From Candidatus Obscuribacterales bacterium (GTDB lineage Bacteria; Cyanobacteriota; Vampirovibrionia; Obscuribacterales; Obscuribacteraceae): a stretch of 64,000 nucleotides of DNA. The DNA is taken from contig CBDDIJ010000003.1 of assembly GCA_965228855.1 (NCBI GenBank), positions 512,001 through 576,000 of the forward strand, in the 5' to 3' direction. A program made the translations under genes and the position numbers. Under the pieces are notes generated by a model. It did no database searches. It saw only the letters and a list, made by a program, of their open reading frames with translations, and was not told where the DNA came from. Of this stretch, positions 57,214 to 64,000 are shown piece by piece (positions within the stretch are counted from its first letter, which is position 1; each line of letters starts with the position of its first letter).

Positions 57214-59845
57214 AGGCGCCGGCCGTTTCCTTGCTTTTCGCGTCGTCTATGACGCGAATCGTGCCTCTGTTTCCATCGACTTCCACCATAGTGCCATCCT
57301 CCCAGAGTTTGGTGGCACCGGTGACACCACCAACACAAGGCAGTCCATACTCGCGGGCGACCAGGGCTCCGTGTTGGAGCAATCCGCCTACCTCCAGCAC
57401 CACAGCTGCTGCATTTACAAACAGAGGTGTCCAGCCGGGATCAGTGGCACGAGCTACCAGAATGTCACCGTACTCGAGCGGTTTCTCTTCTGCCCAGTGC
57501 AGGACTTTAATGGGGCCACGAGCAATGCCGTTTGATATCGGAGTTCCAAGCACAGAGCCATCCTCCGAGGTCTGGCGCCGCGTAGCTCTCAATATTTTGC
57601 CCCTTGAGTCAATTAGTGCGGGCAGTTGCGAAACCGTGGCAAGTTTGTCTGCATGCCGGCGATTATCTTTTCCGAGCTCAACGAGATCCACTTTCTTGTT
57701 GCCGACTTTCTTTTCGAAGTCTTCAAGTTTTAAATCGAATAATTGCTCAATGTTTTCGATTCGTTTTTTCGAGACAAGTTTCTCTCCTTCCTCTATCAGT
57801 CTTGAGCGAAGCGCGTCAATCGCGTAAATCAAACAGTACTTCGGCATCTCGCGATAGCCGCCGAAGACCTCCCAGCAGCGATATAGAAACTTGAATCGGT
57901 GATATCTTTTGGCGTCGGTTTTCTCCAAATAATTGCAGATTTCTTGGTAGGCCTTTTCGCGTAAAGCCTTGTTGTTCTCGTAACGAGCTATCGGGTTGCT
58001 CTCCTGGTTGGATGAGCGCAGAAGGGTTTGAACCTGGTCGAATAGAAGGGTGGCTTCATCACGATTGCGCGCCGCTGCAATATCCAGTTCTTTGGGACCA
58101 CGATGACCGAATTTGTCAATGAAGTCGTGCCAGCGTTCCATAAACTCAGGCGAAAGCGTCTGATCCTGAATGTCAGAAGAACCAGCGTCAGGCGGCAGTT
58201 GTTGTGCCATGTCGTATAAAGCAAGACCCATCTCGATGGTTATGTTGTTGGGCATCGCCAGTTCAAGATTCTTGATCTGCTCCGGATCTGCTCCTGCTGC
58301 GCATTTCTTCATGCGCTCGAGCGACCATCTTCCTGCAGCCATTGCCGGCATGACATGGTCACGCACGCAATGAATTCCGCGGGTCAGGACTTTCTGAGCA
58401 ATCTGTGAGATTGTTCCTTTAGACGCTGCATCTTTTCGAACTTGAACCTTGAAGCGTTCGATTTCCATCTTCGTCTCGCGAAGAGCTTTCTCGGGAAATG
58501 TTCGAGCAAATAGAATCTTTGGCACCATACTCAGGAGCTTTGGACCGGCCTTTACCGGGGCAAGCTTTTGCCAGACTTGGTGGTCCACATAGGTCTTGAG
58601 GTCTACCTCCTCAAGCGCGCTGGCAGCAAGTGGATCCATCACGCTTAACAAATCTGTGACCTTATGTTTTCCGACGATTCCCATGATGTGAGAAAGAACA
58701 GCGTAAATTCTGCCGTCGCTTACTGAGACGATCGAGTGATTCAAGTCCTCACCGGCGAACTCGATACCGATCACGGCTCGCGGCCACTCTGTCAGCAGCT
58801 TGCGCAGCACCGATGTGCCCATCACTGATATCGGCTTATCAAAGGCTTGAACTGATAGTGACACATCCCAGTAAAGTTTGCGAGGATGCCCTGGAGGAGT
58901 AACCAGTGATGGTGGCAGTTGAACGTATGAAGTTACCGGCCGAGCTTGAAGAATGTATTCGAGATCGCCTTCGAGTGCCCATTCAACGTCAACAGGCTTT
59001 CTGAAGACTTCTTCCAGTGTCTTGATATATCTCGTAAGAGATAAAACGTGTCCATCGCCGATGGAAAATTCGTTGGCTACTGAATCATCTGAGATCGAGG
59101 TTGTGCCACCACCGTCGTTCAGCATCACTCGCTCTTCCTTTGCGCCTAGAAGACGTTCTCTAACGCGCATGGAGACTTTGTCTACGACGATGGTATCGGG
59201 AGTGCAAATTCCGGATACTACCGATTCGCCTAGTCCGAAATTCGCGTTGAATACAGCCTCGTCGTAATCATTGGTAAGCGGATTTATTGAGAATGCGACA
59301 CCGGATGCGGTGCTGTTGATCTGCTTTTGAACGACTACTGCAATTCTTGGGTCGTGTATGTCGAACCCGTGCTGGTTCTTATAAGCCAGCACGCGGAAGT
59401 CCATGCTAGACGAGAACGCCGTGCGGACGGCATCGAGGATTTTGGCGCGCTCGACACCGAGCACTGTTTCGTATCCGCCCGCGAATGACGACCCCTCCAG
59501 ATCCTCAGCGGGTGAAGAAGAACGGACGGCAAAGAGTGTGTCATCTGAAAACGACGCGACCGCATCGTCAAATTCCTTTTGCTGCTGCTGCGAAAAATTT
59601 TGTTGACGCGCAACTTGTTTCAGATTATCACAGCAAGACTTCAGATTCTCTTTGTCGGCGTGTACAAACTGCTTCCACTCGTCGGTCAGTTTTAAAGCAT
59701 CCAGCCAGCCCTGGAAAAAATCGACTGTGAGGACGAATCCTGGAGGCACCGGAAGACCCAATTGCGTCATTCTGATAAGCGACTGGCCTTTGCCGCCAAC
59801 TTTGCTTAATTGCGCTGTGAGCGCTCCAGGAAAAGGAACAATCAT
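57197..59845 (-). CDS. PEP-synthase-like / rifamycin phosphotransferase-like enzyme (ATP-grasp, substrate domain, His swivel)
   Basis: VGGKG, AVRSS..EDL...SFAG, DVEWA, LQARPVT, FGHRG..ELD, TDPGWTPLF and GGLLQHGALVAREYG motifs. Confidence 0.9.
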   Translation of the reverse strand: MIVPFPGALTAQLSKVGGKGQSLIRMTQLGLPVPPGFVLTVDFFQGWLDALKLTDEWKQFVHADKENLKSCCDNLKQVARQQNFSQQQQKEFDDAVASFSDDTLFAVRSSSPAEDLEGSSFAGGYETVLGVERAKILDAVRTAFSSSMDFRVLAYKNQHGFDIHDPRIAVVVQKQINSTASGVAFSINPLTNDYDEAVFNANFGLGESVVSGICTPDTIVVDKVSMRVRERLLGAKEERVMLNDGGGTTSISDDSVANEFSIGDGHVLSLTRYIKTLEEVFRKPVDVEWALEGDLEYILQARPVTSYVQLPPSLVTPPGHPRKLYWDVSLSVQAFDKPISVMGTSVLRKLLTEWPRAVIGIEFAGEDLNHSIVSVSDGRIYAVLSHIMGIVGKHKVTDLLSVMDPLAASALEEVDLKTYVDHQVWQKLAPVKAGPKLLSMVPKILFARTFPEKALRETKMEIERFKVQVRKDAASKGTISQIAQKVLTRGIHCVRDHVMPAMAAGRWSLERMKKCAAGADPEQIKNLELAMPNNITIEMGLALYDMAQQLPPDAGSSDIQDQTLSPEFMERWHDFIDKFGHRGPKELDIAAARNRDEATLLFDQVQTLLRSSNQESNPIARYENNKALREKAYQEICNYLEKTDAKRYHRFKFLYRCWEVFGGYREMPKYCLIYAIDALRSRLIEEGEKLVSKKRIENIEQLFDLKLEDFEKKVGNKKVDLVELGKDNRRHADKLATVSQLPALIDSRGKILRATRRQTSEDGSVLGTPISNGIARGPIKVLHWAEEKPLEYGDILVARATDPGWTPLFVNAAAVVLEVGGLLQHGALVAREYGLPCVGGVTGATKLWEDGTMVEVDGNRGTIRVIDDAKSKETAGASTSSK

Positions 59846-60009
59846 CTTTTTTTTCTCTGACCGCGATTAGAGTGGGAGCAAGCCGCTCTTCAAAGAAGCG
59901 ACTTCGTTCGAGTCAGACCAGTTTAGCTTAGTTGAAGCTTCAGGTGCGCTCTTAGTCATCCATTCTCAACTATTGAAACGAATGGGGACACTGGCTGTTC
60001 CGGTCAAAA

Positions 60010-60429
60010 TCATTGCAAACGCTGGTGTCCGGAGGAGTTGTAATAGTCACCGGCACCGTTCCGCCGGATTATCCAACGTTTTGTTCTCTTCTGGCTGGCC
60101 AGCGTTATTTCACCGCGCGCGTCATCGTAGCGCGCGTCAGAGAGATAACGTGTCAAATTTGGAATGCTCTCCACCGGCGCTTGAATAAATGGTTTCCCGA
60201 TCGCTTCGTTGCTGACCATTCTTCCGAGCCACTGATCTTCCAGATCTGGCAGGCGCTTGACGATAGTTAAAACAGTTTTGTCCGATGAGGTGCAAATCAA
60301 TTCGATGACCGAACCGGTTATTGAATCGAAGGTTACCTCGAAGCCATGCCCACGGGCGTCGAGGAAGGTTCTTGTCACAAGGTCGGCGATCTCAATGTCG
60401 TGGCAGCTGGGAATGTGATTGAAGCCCAT
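60010..60429 (-). CDS. Hypothetical protein (~139 aa)
   Basis: GAGGA SD before ATG 60429 (MGFNHIP) and globular composition. The longer ORF-track start overlaps the next gene and is unlikely. Confidence 0.55.
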   Translation of the reverse strand: MGFNHIPSCHDIEIADLVTRTFLDARGHGFEVTFDSITGSVIELICTSSDKTVLTIVKRLPDLEDQWLGRMVSNEAIGKPFIQAPVESIPNLTRYLSDARYDDARGEITLASQKRTKRWIIRRNGAGDYYNSSGHQRLQ

Positions 60430-60577
60430 TTTGTGATCCTCGGATTCGGAACATAAACACAACGCGTCCGTTCTGAGTATTAGGGCGTTGTCAATGGAAG
60501 CGCAACTTTTGCTCGGCTGTCGTGTATTGGTTTCAAAGCACTGTATTGTCACCAAGAGAGTTATCTTATAAAACTGA

Positions 60578-61879
60578 ATGAAGAGAAGATTTTTTCGAGA
60601 TTTATACATTGGGTTTTTTGCGTTGTGTTTTTTCGCGACCCAAAACTGTATTTCGGCTTGGGCGCAAGACTCGCAAACTTCGACAGCCCAGAAAAATAAG
60701 GAGCCAATTGTCCTTGAGGGCAATGTCGTCACCCGCGTTGAGGAGATGTCCGACGGTGGGGCAGGTCCGTTCGCCGTTGAAGTCGCGGAAGGATTACAGA
60801 TACGAGACGAGGCGCGAAAGAAGAACATTGCGATCGAAGCATGCTATCCCAAAAACTCCGGTCGATTTCCTGTCATAATTTTTTCGCATGGGGCAATCGC
60901 CTCCGCTCGCGACTATCGTCTCCTGGCCGCTTATTGGGCGAGTCACGGCTATGTGTGTGTGCTGCCCACGCACGAAGACGCTGTGACACTGCATATGACA
61001 CCAGGCGAGAAGATCAGTGTTTTGAAACTGGTGAAGCTTGCCAAAGTCTCCAGGAGTTCAATCGAGGAGCGACAGTTGGACATTTCCAGGACGATAGACG
61101 CGTTATCTCGATTAGCCGATGTCGTACCGAATCTGTCAGACAAAATGGACCAGGAGCGAATTGCTTTGTGTGGTCATCATGCCGGTGCCTTTGCTGTTCA
61201 AGCCTCCGCTGGTGGTGCGATAGGAAGAGCCAACAAAGAGAAAAAATTCGATACTCGCCTAAAGGCAGTAGTCGCGATCACCGGAAAAGACTGGCAACAG
61301 CCTGACATTTCGCGTAACGACCTGGATCAAGTTCAGCTCCCGATGATGATCGTTAGTTTGAGCATAGACGGAAAGCCATTGAGGGAGTCTCGACAACGCT
61401 TCTACAAGGCTATGGAAAATGCACCTGCCGGCAACAAATACTTCGTCACTGCAGATGTAGTGGGTCAGATAGACAAGCCGACAATTAAGACAATTCGAGA
61501 TGCTGTTAAAAATTCGAATGTCGAGTTGCTTCCATTTCATCCTTTTAGAAAACTGCGCGGTGCTTTCCGAACTGATGGAAAATCCTCGATGCGCGGAGGA
61601 CACGAGACCATGGCGAACGCGGCAAATACATCCGCTGGAGTAAAGGTCGGAGAGGTTGCAGAAAATGAACGAGTAGGCGCCAGCGTTCTTCAATCACTCG
61701 GGCTTGGAAGTCTTCTTCCTGACCGGGCTGACAGAGGTGGCTTCAATTTTCTGATGTCGTACACCGTTCCATTTCTCGATGGATATTTGAAAAATGATAG
61801 CACCGCCCTCGCGAAGCTCATGTCTGAAGATGGGCACTCCTTCGGGGATATGATCGAAGCAAAAATAGAGCGATACTAA
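60578..61879 (+). CDS. Secreted alpha/beta hydrolase-fold protein (chlorophyllase/PAF-AH-like) lacking the nucleophile Ser
   Basis: FPVIIFSHG, YWASHGYV, R..DIS..IDAL, and IALCGHHAG in place of GHSxG. Confidence 0.82.
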   Translation: MKRRFFRDLYIGFFALCFFATQNCISAWAQDSQTSTAQKNKEPIVLEGNVVTRVEEMSDGGAGPFAVEVAEGLQIRDEARKKNIAIEACYPKNSGRFPVIIFSHGAIASARDYRLLAAYWASHGYVCVLPTHEDAVTLHMTPGEKISVLKLVKLAKVSRSSIEERQLDISRTIDALSRLADVVPNLSDKMDQERIALCGHHAGAFAVQASAGGAIGRANKEKKFDTRLKAVVAITGKDWQQPDISRNDLDQVQLPMMIVSLSIDGKPLRESRQRFYKAMENAPAGNKYFVTADVVGQIDKPTIKTIRDAVKNSNVELLPFHPFRKLRGAFRTDGKSSMRGGHETMANAANTSAGVKVGEVAENERVGASVLQSLGLGSLLPDRADRGGFNFLMSYTVPFLDGYLKNDSTALAKLMSEDGHSFGDMIEAKIERY

Positions 61880-61987
61880 TGGCGGTGCGCACCCTATGTG
61901 GTGCCAAGCACGACTGATAACGGATCTGATCCTTGTCAGTTCCTCTTTACTACGCTAGAGTCAGGCTTGGAAAGGGGATCTTTAGCG

Positions 61988-62524
61988 ATGAAACGTATCC
62001 TAACATTGATCGCGTTACTTCTCGCGATGTTCTCTAGTACTCTGAATTTCAGCCAGATCGACTTTATGTATGGTCCTGGTTATGGTGCTCGCGTTCTCTT
62101 CGTTGCTGATGGTGACACGATCACAGTGCGCCATGGAAAACGAAAGGAAAAAATCCGATTGTATGGAATAGACTGTCCCGAAAAACTTCAAGAATATGGA
62201 CTGCAGGCGCGCTTGCTGACTGCAAAACTTACAACCGACCAGATTGTAAGCGTGATACCCGTTCACAAGGATCGATATGGGCGATTGGTGGCTTACATCA
62301 TTTTGCCTGATGGGTCTAATTTAAATTATAAACTCGTTTGTGAAGGCTCCGCCTGGTGGTACCGTGATTACGCCAGGAAAGATCTGCAGTTTGCCACACG
62401 AGAGTTGTTCGCTCGTGGGCAGCGGCGCGGTTTATGGTCCGGCGATGATCCACTTCCTCCCTGGGATTTCCGCAAAGGCGTGTCGCTAAACTCCAGCAGA
62501 GAGGACTCCAGGCGGCTGTTCTAG
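61988..62524 (+). CDS. Thermonuclease (SNase) family protein
   Basis: DGDTI, IRLYGIDCPE, DRYGRLVA and RRGLW...PPWDFR motifs; N-terminal signal. Confidence 0.92.
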   Translation: MKRILTLIALLLAMFSSTLNFSQIDFMYGPGYGARVLFVADGDTITVRHGKRKEKIRLYGIDCPEKLQEYGLQARLLTAKLTTDQIVSVIPVHKDRYGRLVAYIILPDGSNLNYKLVCEGSAWWYRDYARKDLQFATRELFARGQRRGLWSGDDPLPPWDFRKGVSLNSSREDSRRLF

Positions 62525-62548
62525 TTTATAAGCCTGCTCGAAGGACTA

Positions 62549-62977
62549 CTATTGAGCGGTTCTCTTATACTCTGCGCGCGGGTGAATAGCGATGCCACCG
62601 CGCGGGGTGAACTTACCGATGACGCGCAACCACTCCGGATCGAGCAAATTGATCAAATCATTTGCGATTCTGTTGATACATGCTTCGTGGAACTCACCTT
62701 GTTGTCTAAACTGACCGAGATAGATCTTGAGTGATTTACTCTCGACTAAAACAGCTCTGGGAATGTATTCAATTTCGATTGTCGCGAAGTCCGGTTGACC
62801 GGTAATCGGGCAGAGGCTGGTGAACTCATTTGCGCTGATTGCTACAGTTCCAGTTACGTTGTTACGATTCTCCGAAGGGTCGTGGAACGGATTTGGCACT
62901 GCTTCAAGAGTCGCTGCGTCAGGACTGTCGTACCTTATTTCACTTTTGTTGCCGAGGTGTTTGAGTTCTTGCATCAT
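62549..62977 (-). CDS. queF: NADPH-dependent 7-cyano-7-deazaguanine reductase
   Basis: [25 protein letters not shown] and FTPRGGI motifs; the start overlaps the queE stop. Confidence 0.95.
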   Translation of the reverse strand: MMQELKHLGNKSEIRYDSPDAATLEAVPNPFHDPSENRNNVTGTVAISANEFTSLCPITGQPDFATIEIEYIPRAVLVESKSLKIYLGQFRQQGEFHEACINRIANDLINLLDPEWLRVIGKFTPRGGIAIHPRAEYKRTAQ

Positions 62978-63666
62978 CTGATTCCTACGAGTTTGTGCAG
63001 CTGGATTGTAAGGGTGTGTCCGAATTTCTGAGCAACCTGTGCGCAAAGTTTAGTATTTAAAGCGTTGACTTCCGGGTCGCCCGAGTCGAGAGGCATCACA
63101 TAGACGGGAACATTCTTCTCTGGTTTTGCCAGTGCTGCTATGATGCCATTGGTCTGCGTAGATTCAATTGGCAAGCCGTCTCTCTCGTCCACTTTGTCGC
63201 TTGTAATCACGTATTTGAAGGCCGTCGCGCGCCTGCGAATTTCCTGGTTGATTGTCGGAGTTTTCGGACTAACGACTATATGCAAATTGTCGCTTTCTGG
63301 AAGATCTACCCACAGCGTGCCATTTGTTTCTATTTGAACAAGCAGTTCAGCGTCCAGAAGCCGCTCGACCAGAGGCTTTATGTTCTGTCTAAAAGGCTCA
63401 CCGCCAGTAATAACTACTAACTTTGTGGTACCGTCCGTGAAGGCACGTACTTCAGATAGAACGTCATTGATCGACGGTTTCCACTGTGAAGATTCGAAGT
63501 CGGTATCACACCAAAAACATCGCAAGTTGCATCCGGCTAAGCGTACGAAAACCGCAGGGCGTCCAGCGAACGGACCTTCACCCTGAAGCGAGTGAAAAAT
63601 CTCCTGCACCCAGAGGGTCTCGCCATCGTTCAATTCCTGCTGGCGTATGGGGTTATCGCCGCGCAT
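62974..63666 (-). CDS. queE: 7-carboxy-7-deazaguanine synthase (radical SAM)
   Basis: [39 protein letters not shown] and QLHK motifs. Confidence 0.95.
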   Translation of the reverse strand: MRGDNPIRQQELNDGETLWVQEIFHSLQGEGPFAGRPAVFVRLAGCNLRCFWCDTDFESSQWKPSINDVLSEVRAFTDGTTKLVVITGGEPFRQNIKPLVERLLDAELLVQIETNGTLWVDLPESDNLHIVVSPKTPTINQEIRRRATAFKYVITSDKVDERDGLPIESTQTNGIIAALAKPEKNVPVYVMPLDSGDPEVNALNTKLCAQVAQKFGHTLTIQLHKLVGIR

Positions 63667-64000
63667 TGGAGGGCACCCCTTCAAGAAGTGGATCTTCAAT
63701 ACCGGCTTGGGCAAAACCCTTTGCGCGTAGAACGCATGAATTGCAATTACCGCAAGGTGGTCGCTGACCGTTATAGCAAGTGGTGCTGAATGCCAGAGCG
63801 TCCATGCAACCGGGCAGTGAAACTGCCAACTCTACTGTTTCCTTCTTTGACAAATTCTGCAGCGGCGCTGCGATTCTAATCGGTTTATCTAAACCGTTGC
63901 TTATGGCGGATTCCATGCTTTTGATGAACGACTCACGGCAATCGGGATAGCCTGCAAAATCTTCTTGAGACACGCCGATAACGATAGTGTCGCAGCCTTT
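63653..64000 (-). CDS. queC: 7-cyano-7-deazaguanine synthase, C-terminal part (start lies outside the window)
   Basis: GYPDCR, APLQNLSK and TCY...PCGNCNSC.LR.KGF...DP motifs. Confidence 0.93.
   Translation of the reverse strand, partial: KGCDTIVIGVSQEDFAGYPDCRESFIKSMESAISNGLDKPIRIAAPLQNLSKKETVELAVSLPGCMDALAFSTTCYNGQRPPCGNCNSCVLRAKGFAQAGIEDPLLEGVPSNARR

Noticed and set aside
60430..60828. 272-aa version of ORF 60010-60828
   Set aside because: The N-terminal half is antisense to the hydrolase gene and its promoter region; an SD-supported ATG lies at 60429.
61988..64000. 7-deazaguanine DNA-modification (dpd) defence system formed by que genes plus the nuclease
   Set aside because: No dpdA/tgt-like or dpdB-K genes are visible, and queF points to ordinary tRNA queuosine synthesis. 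The SNase is convergent and exported. Sequence beyond 64000 is unseen.

Overview
Gene-dense bacterial chromosomal window of roughly 50% GC, read with the standard code 11. About 48 CDSs are supported; I see no rRNA, tRNA, CRISPR array, transposase or integrase. The gene style (cyanobacteria-like DnaK and SulP, many TPR, matrixin, FecR and CHASE2 proteins, long lineage-specific ORFs) suggests a non-photosynthetic Cyanobacteriota relative such as Obscuribacterales/Vampirovibrionia; this is inference only. Recognisable genes include rbsK, an MDR quinone reductase, fadJ, a bestrophin, dnaK, a PD-(D/E)XK-XPD/DinG helicase overlapping a DnaQ-like/GIY-YIG nuclease, SulP, a Ser/Thr kinase, an AlkD-like protein, an MprF-like transferase, a FecR-CHASE2 kinase-response regulator-TPR/metalloprotease operon, an RPH-like phosphotransferase, a thermonuclease and queC-queE-queF. 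The most notable observations are: (1) a large CxxC thioredoxin-domain protein whose apparent start reads ATG-GGT-TGA, an in-frame UGA at codon 3 (candidate selenocysteine or readthrough); (2) a ~230-nt noncoding element present twice as direct repeats around two genes; (3) a structured, switch-like rbsK leader; (4) a ~1730-aa coiled-coil protein with two hydrophobic segments, built from DNA repeats whose lengths differ by whole heptads; (5) five proteins with degenerate catalytic motifs (caspase-like, GGDEF, two DnaQ-like, alpha/beta hydrolase).
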